From Candidatus Woesearchaeota archaeon (GTDB lineage Archaea > Nanobdellota > Nanobdellia > Woesearchaeales > JAGVYF01), in assembly GCA_041650315.1 (NCBI GenBank), contig JBAZLJ010000002.1, positions 65,599-129,598 on the forward strand: a DNA stretch of 64,000 nucleotides. The letters run 5' to 3'. The notes under the pieces are model-generated. The model was not told the DNA's origin and ran no database searches. It was given only the letters and a program-made list of their open reading frames with translations. Every line of letters starts with the position of its first letter. Position 1 is the stretch's first letter. Shown here in pieces: positions 19,266-29,595 of this stretch. The translations under genes were made by a program, and so were the position numbers.

Positions 19266-21200
19266 ATGCGACATATGTCACTAAGCTCGATAGTCAAAAA
19301 GCTACTTTTAACTTTTCCTCTGGTAATGTACCCTATGTTCACCGATTCTGCTGATGCTTTGAAAGACAAAAATTTACGTCCGTTGCCAAGGATAGAATGC
19401 GTGACTGAAAGCCCGAAAACCGAGCCCATAGAAAAGGATGAGGAATCGGGAATAGAATTGAGAGTATTGTACGGAACTGATAAAGGCAAAGGCCTCTATA
19501 GAATAACTGCAATCGCCCAGGATACGAAAGGAAAGAAAAAGGGCATCAAGAAAATAGAATTATATGAAAACGGAAAAAGAATACATACATCTAACACTAG
19601 ATTCCTTACTGCAGATATCAAACGCAAAAAGAATCCAGCCAAATATAATCTGGCTATAATAGATAGCGATGGAAATATGTATATCACGAAACCGGCGGAA
19701 ATTTTATCTGAAGTTTTGAAAGTACCGCCCATGTTATTATTAGCGTTCAAAAAAGACAAAAATCATCTTATCGATGGATACACACCTTCTTTTGGCGAAG
19801 CTGGATATTTCAAAAACTATGATAAGAATTCATTGAAGTTCAAGCTAGGAGAAACTGAAGTGATAATACCTGCGATGAAGGATGAAAAAGCCAAATGTCT
19901 GAAGTGTCATAATCCTCAGGCATTGCAGAATACGATTGGACAAAAACTCGCACTCTATGAGAATATGGTCCTGAGATTATGGGACACAAATCAAAAGTTA
20001 TCACTTAGGCAGATTATTTTGAATCCTGCTGATATATCAAAGATAACTGAGAAGGATATAAAGAACATAGAAGAAGCAATGGTTAAAGAAGGGCTTACCG
20101 AACGGCAGAAAGAGATGTACAAAAGAATGTTCAATGGGGGCGGTTCTGATGGTGTCTATTATACTGATAAGCATTTCATCGCGACCATGATTGGACCCAG
20201 ACTTGAATCAATACTTCTCCACGAATTCACGCACGCTCTACAGCGGCAAACACCTATAAAGCTTTCAAAGACCGGAGAAAAGCATTTGCCTAGCAACATG
20301 ACTTTATGCGAGCCGTTTGCATATTACATCTCTGCGCTCACTGAAGAGACAGCCCCACTTATATGGATCATTGATGAAATAAAAGCCACTGAAAATAGGC
20401 ATTCGGACCAGACTGAGTTCGTAAAAGAAATAGTGAGAACTTATTGCCATTATTTCGACAAAGATGATTTCGATCCGGAAGCGTTTGCGAAAGCAGTAGA
20501 CACAATGGAAGATAAGACTTTACCCATGATGCGAAAAACATTCCTGGAATACAACCAGAATGTGTTGGCCATGGATACATTAGCCATTGAAGCGCAAAGC
20601 CACGAATTCCCTTTAGAAGCCATTATCGCTGCAAATTTCAATCCTATAATAACAGATACTGATCCTAAAAAAGTTGAGGAAGGAGTTATAAAATGCAATG
20701 AGCTTTGGGACACCTATCGGCTCAAGACAGAACAAATGACTTTACCTATAGTCAGAGAGCAGAGTAATTCATATCTTGCTGGCGGAGATGGCATCAAAGA
20801 GAATCTGATGACCAATGTCAAATCCGCGCAGTATCTAATTAAAGAGAGTCTATTGGAAGCGGGGTACAGCAAGAGAGAAGTATTGCAGATATACCACACT
20901 TTCCTCAAGCAAAGATTTAGTGATGGAAATGGTAACTTCAATTATGAGCCTGATACGCAGAAGATGATGGTTGTGCTCGAATTAAGATTCCAGAGAGCAT
21001 GGACACATTATGTGTGCGAAAAAGCGAATAGCGAAGATGATGAAAGCGACGCTATCATGACTCCTGAGAGCAAGGCAAAAATGGAAGCATGGATGACAAC
21101 CTCTGAGAATTCCGAAGTCAAAGCGTTATACGCCGAGAAGAAAAGACTGGAATCTAAACTTTCTCCAAGTCCAGTTCAAGGAAATGCGTCGAGCAACTGA
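19266..21200 (+). CDS. secreted protein with HExxH zinc-metallopeptidase motif
   Basis: N-terminal signal-like segment; LLHEFTHALQRQ. Confidence 0.45.
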   Translation: MRHMSLSSIVKKLLLTFPLVMYPMFTDSADALKDKNLRPLPRIECVTESPKTEPIEKDEESGIELRVLYGTDKGKGLYRITAIAQDTKGKKKGIKKIELYENGKRIHTSNTRFLTADIKRKKNPAKYNLAIIDSDGNMYITKPAEILSEVLKVPPMLLLAFKKDKNHLIDGYTPSFGEAGYFKNYDKNSLKFKLGETEVIIPAMKDEKAKCLKCHNPQALQNTIGQKLALYENMVLRLWDTNQKLSLRQIILNPADISKITEKDIKNIEEAMVKEGLTERQKEMYKRMFNGGGSDGVYYTDKHFIATMIGPRLESILLHEFTHALQRQTPIKLSKTGEKHLPSNMTLCEPFAYYISALTEETAPLIWIIDEIKATENRHSDQTEFVKEIVRTYCHYFDKDDFDPEAFAKAVDTMEDKTLPMMRKTFLEYNQNVLAMDTLAIEAQSHEFPLEAIIAANFNPIITDTDPKKVEEGVIKCNELWDTYRLKTEQMTLPIVREQSNSYLAGGDGIKENLMTNVKSAQYLIKESLLEAGYSKREVLQIYHTFLKQRFSDGNGNFNYEPDTQKMMVVLELRFQRAWTHYVCEKANSEDDESDAIMTPESKAKMEAWMTTSENSEVKALYAEKKRLESKLSPSPVQGNASSN

Positions 21201-22428
21201 TGCAAGGATCGTACGCCCTGATAAGTTTTTCTAACTCTAATTTTATTTCATCTTTTGATTTATTGAGAATTGTCGGAAGATAGATTTTAATTGATTCTTG
21301 CAGGTTCAGAAGATTCTGCGATGTCGGAGTCGTGATGTTCGCATACGTGCATTTGCCGTCTTTATCGAACTTGTATTTGTGGAATAAGATTCCTCTTGGA
21401 GCTTCGGATGCGCCTACGCCGATGCTCGCTTTCGGCGTGATTAGTTTTGGTGATTCCTGCTTGAGCTTCATGTTTTCTAGGATTTCAATGCTTCTTCTGA
21501 CACCTTCGTGGACTTCAATCGCCTGCGCTATGTTGTTCATATAAGGCGAGAATTTGTGCTTGAGCAATTTATCCGCTAATTTGATCGAATAATTGGATAA
21601 TTGGTCTTTGTTATTGTATAATCTTGACAATGCGCCGACCATGTAGCTCTTTCCGTCCTTCATGACGAATTCTGCAGTCGAATCCTCTTGGAAGAATTCC
21701 TTAAAGTGTTGTTCATAATCTTTTGTCTGGAAGCATTTGTCTTCCTGGCAAGCCACTATGTCTGATGAATCGAAATATGCTCCGCCCCCTAACGCGACTA
21801 GAAGTTTCTGATGCTCAAAATGAGGATAGTTAAGTTCTGAGAATAATTCAACAGTCTCTTTCGCATCTTTCTGCACTGCTAATAGCTGCGTTAATAATGT
21901 ATCAACCGCTTTCTGGTCAGGAATTCTTGAGATCCCGCCAGGGATGACGGCGATAGGATGTATGTCACGTCCCCCGAGTACGTTTACCATCGCATTGCCT
22001 GCCCTCTTTATCCTTAACGCTTTTTCTATCTCAGGCTTGTATTTAGGAAGCATATCTAGCGCGCTGCTATGGCCCGTATAATCAGGCAGTGTGAGGAAAT
22101 ATAAATGCAGGACGTGACTCTGTATCAATCCGCCGATGTTGATGAGTTCCCTCAATAAGCTTGTTTGTGGACTAACCCTAACGCCGAACGCATTCTCAAT
22201 TGCTTTGACTGAAGTCAGTGTGTGCACAGGTGAGCATACGCCACAGATTCTTGAGGAGATATTTGGAAGATCGTTCCACAATTTATTTTTGAGAATTCCT
22301 TCAAAGTATCTCGAGCCTTCGAAAATATTTAATGAAGCTTCTTTCACTTCGCCTTTATCGATTCTGATATGCAGTTTAGCATGGCCTTCAATTTTCGTTA
22401 CGTGGTCCAGCTTGATAGTCCTTGTCAT
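21154..22428 (-). CDS. [NiFe] hydrogenase large subunit (cytoplasmic, group 3-like)
   Basis: N-terminal RICGVCSPVH and C-terminal DPCISCSTH nickel-binding motifs. Start placed at MTRTIKL, which abuts the small-subunit stop. Confidence 0.75.
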   Translation of the reverse strand: MTRTIKLDHVTKIEGHAKLHIRIDKGEVKEASLNIFEGSRYFEGILKNKLWNDLPNISSRICGVCSPVHTLTSVKAIENAFGVRVSPQTSLLRELINIGGLIQSHVLHLYFLTLPDYTGHSSALDMLPKYKPEIEKALRIKRAGNAMVNVLGGRDIHPIAVIPGGISRIPDQKAVDTLLTQLLAVQKDAKETVELFSELNYPHFEHQKLLVALGGGAYFDSSDIVACQEDKCFQTKDYEQHFKEFFQEDSTAEFVMKDGKSYMVGALSRLYNNKDQLSNYSIKLADKLLKHKFSPYMNNIAQAIEVHEGVRRSIEILENMKLKQESPKLITPKASIGVGASEAPRGILFHKYKFDKDGKCTYANITTPTSQNLLNLQESIKIYLPTILNKSKDEIKLELEKLIRAYDPCISCSTHFLELDLEKV

Positions 22429-23276
22429 TTCCTGCACACCTTCTTTTTCTTCCCGCATGATTCACATTTCTCGCTGATGTCGGCGAACTTATGCATCTTG
22501 TTGCAGATATCTTCATCTGTCAATCCCCATGATTTGAATAATTGAACTTCCGCAGGGAAATTCGCTGACGGCAATGGCCCTCTGCACATTATGCAAGGAA
22601 TATCATCCTTTGTGCAGATCGCATCGCACCCGCCGTGCGTGACTGCGCCTAAGCAAACTACTTTCTTTAGCAGATAACAATCTTTTCCTCTTTTAGGACA
22701 TTGGTCGCAAACACTGCCCTGGAACTCTTTTAGAACTTTCTTTTTTAGATAAGTGTTAAGGAAATCGACGAACTCTTTCTTTATTATCGGACATCCGCGC
22801 ATATGGTAATCGACTTTCACAATCTTGTCGATTGGCTGGACGTCGATGGAATCTTTCAGCATCTTCTGATTGTATACATAACGTTCTAGTTCTTTGTTCT
22901 CGACGTAATTGCGCATCGCGGGGATTCCGCCGTTGACTGCGCATGCGCCTAATGCGACAACAAACTTTGATTTTTTTCTTATTATTTTGAGTTTTCTTAT
23001 TTCGCGCTTTGTCGTGATTGCGCCTTCGATAAACGCGATATCGAACTTCGCATCCCTGTTCTTCTCTTTCAGAAGATGGAAGTATTGGACATCAAACTTC
23101 TTCAAGATGTCAAGTATCTTCTCTATGAACAATACTGTGAATTGGCAGCCTTGACAGCAGGTGAATGAGAAAAATCCTATTGATAGTTTTTTTTTACTAG
23201 GCATGCACTTTTCAAGGGATTTTGAATATATAAAGATTAGCAATAATCTGATAGATAATCTATTTTCTAGTAGCAT
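22425..23276 (-). CDS. [NiFe] hydrogenase small subunit
   Basis: Cys clusters (FTCCQGCQ, GCPIIKKE, CDQCP...C...C...GGCDAIC...CIMC); no Tat signal. Confidence 0.6.
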   Translation of the reverse strand: MLLENRLSIRLLLIFIYSKSLEKCMPSKKKLSIGFFSFTCCQGCQFTVLFIEKILDILKKFDVQYFHLLKEKNRDAKFDIAFIEGAITTKREIRKLKIIRKKSKFVVALGACAVNGGIPAMRNYVENKELERYVYNQKMLKDSIDVQPIDKIVKVDYHMRGCPIIKKEFVDFLNTYLKKKVLKEFQGSVCDQCPKRGKDCYLLKKVVCLGAVTHGGCDAICTKDDIPCIMCRGPLPSANFPAEVQLFKSWGLTDEDICNKMHKFADISEKCESCGKKKKVCRK

Positions 23277-23343
23277 TGGACTGCGGAACTACTGCTGTAG
23301 TTCTAGCCCATTGCTTATACAATTAATTATATATTTTCAACAA

Positions 23344-23377
23344 GCACTGGACATTCTCCCTAGTGCACTGGACATTC
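23344..23377. promoter_or_regulatory. two direct copies of gcactggacattc, 21 bp apart, in the divergent hydrogenase/RhuM intergenic region
   Basis: Seen directly in the sequence; candidate operator. Confidence 0.3.
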
Positions 23378-23423
23378 GTGAAACTTATAAACATAGAATT
23401 TGAAAAATGTTCCGGTGATCTGA

Positions 23424-24224
23424 ATGACTCCGGAAAAAGCATTAGTGGCTTTTCAAGATAGAAAGATAAGAAGAGCATGGCATAATGATGAATGGTATTA
23501 CTCAGTAGTTGATGTTGTTGAAGCTTTGACTGAAAGCCCCAGCCCTAGACAATATTGGGGCGTCCTTAAAGGAAGAGAAATTCAGTTGTTAACAATTTGT
23601 TTACAACTGAAATTATTATCTGCAGATGGTAAATATTATAATACGGATTGCGCCAATACTAAATCAATATTCAGGATAATCCAATCAATTCCATCTCCGA
23701 AAGCGGAACCTTTCAAACTATGGCTGGCGCAATTAGGGCAGGAAAGGATTGAAGAGATAAGGAATCCAGAACTCGCTATCGAAAGGGCGCGCAGATATTA
23801 CGAAATTAAAGGATACCCGTTGAACTGGATCCTAAAACGTCTACCATCTATCTCTATACGGAATGAACTTACAGATGAATGGAAAAGCAGAGGCATATCA
23901 AAAGATAAGGATTTCGCTATACTCACTGATGAGATATCTAAGACGATATTCGACGCTAGTGTAGATGAGCATAAAAGATTGAAGAGGATTGACAAAGGCA
24001 ATCTGCGCGACAATATGGTTGATTGGGAACTATTGTTAACAATATTAGGCGAGAAAGCCGCAGTTGATATAACTGTTGCAAAAAATTCCAAAGGATTCTC
24101 GGAATGCGAGAAATCAGCTTTGGAAGGCGCTGAAATCGCGAAGAACGCTCGCAAAGAATTGGAGAAGAAGATAGGTAAATCCACTATCTCAACTAAGAAA
24201 ATAATAGAGTGCAAAAATAAATAA
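23424..24224 (+). CDS. RhuM-family protein (ORF6N/Bro-N-like N-terminal domain)
   Basis: WHNDEWYYSVVDVVEALTES...PRQYW...LLTICLQLKLLSADGK pattern is typical of RhuM / virulence RhuM family proteins. Confidence 0.55.
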   Translation: MTPEKALVAFQDRKIRRAWHNDEWYYSVVDVVEALTESPSPRQYWGVLKGREIQLLTICLQLKLLSADGKYYNTDCANTKSIFRIIQSIPSPKAEPFKLWLAQLGQERIEEIRNPELAIERARRYYEIKGYPLNWILKRLPSISIRNELTDEWKSRGISKDKDFAILTDEISKTIFDASVDEHKRLKRIDKGNLRDNMVDWELLLTILGEKAAVDITVAKNSKGFSECEKSALEGAEIAKNARKELEKKIGKSTISTKKIIECKNK

Positions 24225-25331
24225 TTATACTCTGCAAGTCTTACACTTTTTTGAGACTCTCGCTTTCGCTACGTCCATTGCTGCTATCCTTGGCGGGACT
24301 TTTCTTTTCTTTGCTAATTCTAATACTTCTTTAGTGTTCTGCTTGACTTTCTGCTCAACTAATTTGAACATAGTCTTTGTCGAGCCGTTAATGAATTCAA
24401 CGTATGAACTTATTACGCCGCCTGCGTTTGCTACGAAGTCCGGAACTACTATAATTCCTTTCTTGTGCAGCTTGTATTCAGTGTCGTGCCCCATAGGGAT
24501 GTTTGATCCTTCGACTAATAATTTGTACTTTATCCTGTTAACATCTTTAGGTTTCACTAGATCAGGAATAGCTGCAGTGACTAGCATGTCTGCTTTGATA
24601 TCAAGAATCTTATCTGAAGGCATTACCTTTCCTTCTTTGTATTTTACAACTGAACCTTGCTTCTTTTTTACATCTGCGAGTTTCTTGAAATCAAGTCCGT
24701 TTTCATTGTAGATGAGTCCTTGCGAGTCTGATGTTGCTATTAATTTCGCGCCGGCATCGCACAGATGCTTTGCCGCGAACCAGCCGACATTGCCAAAGCC
24801 TTCGACTGCGAATGTTATGTCTTTTACATTTAATCCCAGGTGTTTAATTGCCACTAAAGCTGAATGGTACACACCGAAACCTGTACTGCCTAATTCGTGC
24901 GGGATTCCGCCGAGGTTCTTGGGCTTGCCTGTTACTACACATCTATTTTTTAGACGTTTAGAAATCCAGCCCATCTCTTCCTCTGCCATGTACATGTCAG
25001 GAGCTGCGACGTATTTATGTGGCGCAATATCTCTTAACGCATCTGCATAAGCTTCAACCAATTCTTTCTTTCTTTGCTTTGTGAGTTTCTTAGAATCTGC
25101 AATTATTCCTGACTTGGCTCCGCCGAACGGCAAACCTGCCAATGCACATTTCCAGGTCATCGCTCTTGCGAGCCTTGCGACTTCATCAACATCAACAGTT
25201 GGTGTCATCCTGATGCCGCCTTTACCAGGACCTAGCGCAGTATTATCAATGACAATGACTGCGTGCATATCTGCTTTAGGATTATAGACTTGAATGATCA
25301 TCTCTGGGCCGAAGCCGTCATAATCTATCAT
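24225..25331 (-). CDS. Glu/Leu/Phe/Val dehydrogenase family protein (short glutamate dehydrogenase-like)
   Basis: GPGKGGIRMTP and GGAKSGI motifs and a Rossmann GFGNVG. 368 aa. Confidence 0.65.
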   Translation of the reverse strand: MIDYDGFGPEMIIQVYNPKADMHAVIVIDNTALGPGKGGIRMTPTVDVDEVARLARAMTWKCALAGLPFGGAKSGIIADSKKLTKQRKKELVEAYADALRDIAPHKYVAAPDMYMAEEEMGWISKRLKNRCVVTGKPKNLGGIPHELGSTGFGVYHSALVAIKHLGLNVKDITFAVEGFGNVGWFAAKHLCDAGAKLIATSDSQGLIYNENGLDFKKLADVKKKQGSVVKYKEGKVMPSDKILDIKADMLVTAAIPDLVKPKDVNRIKYKLLVEGSNIPMGHDTEYKLHKKGIIVVPDFVANAGGVISSYVEFINGSTKTMFKLVEQKVKQNTKEVLELAKKRKVPPRIAAMDVAKARVSKKCKTCRV

Positions 25332-25440
25332 GATGGAACACCTCTATTTTGAATATAATGATACTGATAGAATATTTAGTATTTTCTTATATATAAAACA
25401 TTAAGTTTTTAAATCGTAATAGATACTGCAGTATATAATC

Positions 25441-26976
25441 ATGGAACTAGCCAAAGCTATGAAGGACGGCGAACTTGTGCCTGAAAATCAATGGAAGGCG
25501 CATATCGATAGTTTGCAATCCAATGGTCGCGGCAGCAAAGGCGCAGTTAGCAAAGCTTTAGTTTCTGCAGTTAGTAAAAGAATTCCTAAGAAGAAGTTCG
25601 CAATTATGTTTTCAGGCGGAGTGGATAGTTCACTGATTGCTTACTTATGCAAGAAAGCGAATGCTGATTTTGTTTGTTACGCTGTCGGCATTGAAAATTC
25701 CACTGATCTTGTGCAAGCAAAGACTGCTGCAGAAGAGATGGGATTGAAACTCGTTTCTAAAGAATATTCACTCGATGAAGCGGAAGTCATAATCAAAAAA
25801 GTAGTAAAGCTTGTCGGCACTGATCCTGTAGCAGTTGGAGTAGGCTGTGTTGTATACGCGTGCATGGAACTGGCTAAGAAAGACAAAATCAATACATTCT
25901 TCACCGGATTAGGCTCAGAAGAGATTTTCGCGGGATATGAAAGACATAAAGTCGATGATATCAATGCAGAATGCTGGAACGGATTGAAAGCAATGTATCA
26001 ACGTGATTTCCTTAGAGATTTCGCTATCGCTAAATCATTCGGCGCTAAAGTATTGACGCCTTTCTTAGATTCTGATCTAATCAAAGAAGCAATGCTCATA
26101 CCTGGCGCTCAAAAAATAAAAGGTGATGTGAAAAAATACATACTTCGCGAAATTGCTGAAGAACTCGGCTTGCCTAAAGAAATCGCCTGGCGCAAGAAGA
26201 TGGCGGCGCAGTACGGAAGCAAGTTCGACAGAGCAATATCAAGACTCGCGCATAGGATGAATATGAAATTCAAGAAAGAATATCTATGCTCTTTGGTGAA
26301 ATTAGGGGCATTATTCAGCTCAGGCAAAGATAGCACCTACGCTTTGTATCTAATGCAGAAGCAAGGCTATGATGTCAGATGCTTGATAACTATCAAAAGC
26401 AAGAATACTGCTTCGTTCATGTTTCATACTCCTAACATAGACATGACCAAGTATCAAGCAGAAGCTTTGGAATTGCCATTGATGACTTTTGAGACTAAAG
26501 GTGAGAAAGAAATTGAGTTAAAAGATCTCGAATCTGCTATCAAAAAAGCTAAAACAAAATATGACCTTGACGGCATCATAACAGGCGCATTATTCTCTGA
26601 ATATCAAGCTAGCAGAATTATCAAATTATGCGAAGGATTGGGATTGAAATGTTATTCACCATTGTGGCACATGGATCAGGAGACTGAAGTTCGCGAAATA
26701 ATCAAAGCGGGTTTCAAAATTGTGTTGACTGCAGTCGCTGCTGAAGGTTTGAACAAGAAGTGGCTCGGCAGAGTCCTAACAGAGAAAGATGTGGATGCTC
26801 TCGTCGCTGTTCACAGGAAAGTCGGCATCAATATAGCTGGCGAAGGCGGAGAGTTTGAGTCATTGGTCATTGACGGACCTAACTTCAAAAAAAGATTAGA
26901 GATACTTGATTCTGAGATTATTGAAGAGAACGAAAATACTGCTTTATTGCGAATAAAGAAAGCAAAATTGTGCTGA
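25441..26976 (+). CDS. fusion of two PP-loop ATP-pyrophosphatase domains (asparagine-synthetase-like N-domain plus Dph6/MJ0570-like C-domain)
   Basis: Two SGGxDS-type PP-loops: FAIMFSGGVDSS and ALFSSGKDST. Confidence 0.5.
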   Translation: MELAKAMKDGELVPENQWKAHIDSLQSNGRGSKGAVSKALVSAVSKRIPKKKFAIMFSGGVDSSLIAYLCKKANADFVCYAVGIENSTDLVQAKTAAEEMGLKLVSKEYSLDEAEVIIKKVVKLVGTDPVAVGVGCVVYACMELAKKDKINTFFTGLGSEEIFAGYERHKVDDINAECWNGLKAMYQRDFLRDFAIAKSFGAKVLTPFLDSDLIKEAMLIPGAQKIKGDVKKYILREIAEELGLPKEIAWRKKMAAQYGSKFDRAISRLAHRMNMKFKKEYLCSLVKLGALFSSGKDSTYALYLMQKQGYDVRCLITIKSKNTASFMFHTPNIDMTKYQAEALELPLMTFETKGEKEIELKDLESAIKKAKTKYDLDGIITGALFSEYQASRIIKLCEGLGLKCYSPLWHMDQETEVREIIKAGFKIVLTAVAAEGLNKKWLGRVLTEKDVDALVAVHRKVGINIAGEGGEFESLVIDGPNFKKRLEILDSEIIEENENTALLRIKKAKLC

Positions 26977-27057
26977 TTTATAGCATTCAAAATATATTAT
27001 TTCAAACCGCAAAGTATATAAACTTAGTCGTGCTAAATTAAAAGCTAGGAGAGCAAG

Positions 27058-27101
27058 TTTTTGGCGAAACTTGTTTCCTTTTGGCGATAAAAAGTTTGGC
27101 G
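27058..27101. promoter_or_regulatory. three direct ttggcg repeats upstream of ftsZ
   Basis: ttggcg at 27061, 27081 and 27096. Confidence 0.25.
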
Positions 27102-27215
27102 TTTGTATAATGACTGTTTCTAAGAAATCATAGTCTTAAATGTATTTAAGAATTGTGGTGGTAGGAAATACAATCACTATATTAGAAATAAACAAAACAG
27201 GGGGAATGGTAGAAA

Positions 27216-28283
27216 ATGATGGAATTTATGGTGGAAAATGCTATGAAAGGCAGCCAAGACCTAACAGCCTTGGTAGGACAAGCTAATATCAAAGTAATTG
27301 GTTGTGGCGGGGCAGGCAACAATGTAGTAAGTTGGCTGTATAAAAAAGGAATACGTGGCGCAGAAATTATAGCATGCAACACGGACAAACAACATTTGAC
27401 AATAAGTGAAGCTGACAAGAAATTCTTGATCGGTAAAGAATTGACAAGAGGTCTTGGATGCGGCGGTTTCCCAGAAAGGGGCGCAGAAGCAGCTAAAGAG
27501 AGCATGAGCGAAATAAAAGAAGCTCTAAAAGGCTCTGATATGGTATTCGTATGCGCAGGAATGGGCGGCGGTACAGGTACAGGTTCAGCACCAGTCGTAG
27601 CTCAAGTAGCTAAAGACACAGGCGCAATCGTAATCGGAACAGTAACAATGCCTTTCAAGATCGAAAGAGCTAGAGTAGACAAAGCTGAATTCGGTTTACA
27701 GCAATTGAGGCAAGTATCCGATACAGTAATCGTTATCGATAACAACAGGCTAGTGCAAATCGCTGGAAATCTTCCAGTACAGCAAGCATTCGCAGTAGCT
27801 AACGAGCTAGTTTCTACAATGATTAAAGGAATCGTAGAGACTATCGCAGTACCTTCATTGGTCAACTTGGATTATGCGGACGTTAAAGCAATCATGACTA
27901 ACGGCGGAGTAGCTGCTATCGGCGTCGGTTCATCCGATACCAATAACAGAGTAGAAGAAGCAGTCAAAGGCGCTTTGAGCAATCCTTTGCTTGACATCAG
28001 CTATGAAGGCGCGACAGGCGCTCTTATCCACGTATCCGGCGGAGCAGATATGACTCTTGAAGATATCAACAGAGTAGGTGAATTAGTCACTGAATCATTG
28101 GATGAAGACGCAAACGTTATCTGGGGAGCCAGAGTATGCGACGACCTTAAAGGAAGATTGATTGTAATGACAATCATCACAGGCGTCAAATCTCCATGGA
28201 TACTGGGCAAGCTTGATAAAAAGCATGCAGCAGTAGAAGCTCATCAGATGAGTAAAGAGCTCGGCATAGAAATCGTAAGGTAG
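27216..28283 (+). CDS. ftsZ: cell division GTPase FtsZ
   Basis: Tubulin signature GMGGGTGTG. 355 aa. Preceded by aggggg. Confidence 0.85.
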   Translation: MMEFMVENAMKGSQDLTALVGQANIKVIGCGGAGNNVVSWLYKKGIRGAEIIACNTDKQHLTISEADKKFLIGKELTRGLGCGGFPERGAEAAKESMSEIKEALKGSDMVFVCAGMGGGTGTGSAPVVAQVAKDTGAIVIGTVTMPFKIERARVDKAEFGLQQLRQVSDTVIVIDNNRLVQIAGNLPVQQAFAVANELVSTMIKGIVETIAVPSLVNLDYADVKAIMTNGGVAAIGVGSSDTNNRVEEAVKGALSNPLLDISYEGATGALIHVSGGADMTLEDINRVGELVTESLDEDANVIWGARVCDDLKGRLIVMTIITGVKSPWILGKLDKKHAAVEAHQMSKELGIEIVR

Positions 28284-28287
28284 ATAC

Positions 28288-28305
28288 CTTACTTTTTTTC
28301 ATTTT
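28288..28305 (+). terminator. oligo-T stretch after ftsZ
   Basis: ttttttt run immediately after the stop codon, typical of archaeal termination. Confidence 0.3.
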
Positions 28306-28569
28306 AAGCTCGTACAGGCTCTTGCTCATATGAACTTCTCATGATACCCCCAACATATCTAAAATTCATGGGGCAAGGCCTTTTTTCTTCTCTTTTTATT
28401 GATTTTTAATTGACTAGAATTAAGTTAAATGTGATTCGAAAAAAAAGCTTATTCTATGATTATCTTATGTTCAGTCTGAGAAACATCTATCTCACAGCTT
28501 TTTGACTTCGCAAAAACCTGGGAAAACACTGAGACATGCGTTCGCTTCGCTCACTTAGTCTCAACAGAA

Positions 28570-28845
28570 TTATTCTATAATAATCTTATGCTCGTTCTGA
28601 GAAACATCTATCTCTTTCAAATCATTGACTACAATATCAGAACCCCTTGGTAGATATTTAACATCGTGATTCTTGAAAACTACGCTCATTACATTATGGA
28701 ATTCCAATGTCTTTGTAGGAACTTCTACAGTCTTATGCGCGTCATTAATCTTGAAGAGCTTAACCTCTACCATATACGGATATTCATCGTTCTCTGGAGA
28801 TTCTTTTCTCCTGCATACGATAATGCTCTTCGCTTTGTATTTCAT
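28570..28845 (-). CDS. hypothetical protein; its last 13 codons are duplicated at 28455-28497
   Basis: ORF. The sequence downstream encodes a second ...IDVSQTEHKIIIE* fragment. Confidence 0.3.
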   Translation of the reverse strand: MKYKAKSIIVCRRKESPENDEYPYMVEVKLFKINDAHKTVEVPTKTLEFHNVMSVVFKNHDVKYLPRGSDIVVNDLKEIDVSQNEHKIIIE

Positions 28846-28898
28846 AGGTGATACAGAAATTGCTGGATTTAAAAATGTTGCGGATTAAAAATTGTGAA

Positions 28899-28913
28899 AA
28901 GCCTCAGGGGAGA
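28899..28913. repeat. 15-bp direct repeat aagcctcaggggaga, identical to the 3' end of tRNA-Thr at 53368-53382; putative distal att site
   Basis: Exact 15-mer match. A chance match of a specific 15-mer in 64 kb is very unlikely. Confidence 0.55.
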
Positions 28914-29058
28914 ACCTGGTTTCAGGTGCACTTCCCACGGCTTTGTAGTATTCTTATGCCACTTTAGATAATGTGCTAGTATTTATTATTTTCTGTCTGC
29001 GATTAAATATTATTAGTATGTAATATACAGATATACTAATTGGAGAGTTATAATAAAA

Positions 29059-29595
29059 TTATTCAGAATCTAAGCTCTCAGATAATTCAAAATCGTCTCT
29101 TATCTCCCCATATAATGGAAAATCAAAATTGCAACATAGTGCAGGTTTGTTCTTTTTTTGACAAGAAACAAAGTTTTGACAAATACCCTCATTTGCCTTT
29201 TTAAGGACGTATCTTATTCCTTTTTTATGCTTAATTATCTCTTTTTTAATTTTACCCCTACATATTAATTGAGTCACATATCCCCTAATCAAATCACCAT
29301 GCGTTAAATCTGTAATATCTAATTTTTCTATGATTTTTCTTATATTAAATGAAACATCTGCTAATTTTTCATCAATTACATTACTTACTTTGATAAATCC
29401 GCTTTTTTGCTCATTAGCTATAAAATTCTTATTTTTTACATATGATTCGGCATTACTTCTTTTACAGTATCTTTGTTCAGTTTTCACGTATTTTGCGGCA
29501 GGCTCACTTCGTGCTTCAGCGAGGGTAGTTGTTGATTGAATAGTATGTGGGCTTTTTTCAATCATTTCTTCTTCTGTTCTCCAGACTTTAACCAT
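29059..29595 (-). CDS. hypothetical Cys-rich protein, first gene inside the element
   Basis: ORF; C-terminal CQNFVSCQ...CCNF. Confidence 0.35.
   Translation of the reverse strand: MVKVWRTEEEMIEKSPHTIQSTTTLAEARSEPAAKYVKTEQRYCKRSNAESYVKNKNFIANEQKSGFIKVSNVIDEKLADVSFNIRKIIEKLDITDLTHGDLIRGYVTQLICRGKIKKEIIKHKKGIRYVLKKANEGICQNFVSCQKKNKPALCCNFDFPLYGEIRDDFELSESLDSE

Noticed and set aside
22756-22944. 62-aa Arg-rich ORF
   Set aside because: Embedded antisense within the hydrogenase small-subunit gene. Similar short antisense ORFs inside aspS, the FlaJ-like gene, herA, the metalloprotease, the VirB4-like gene, the helicase and others were likewise treated as spurious.
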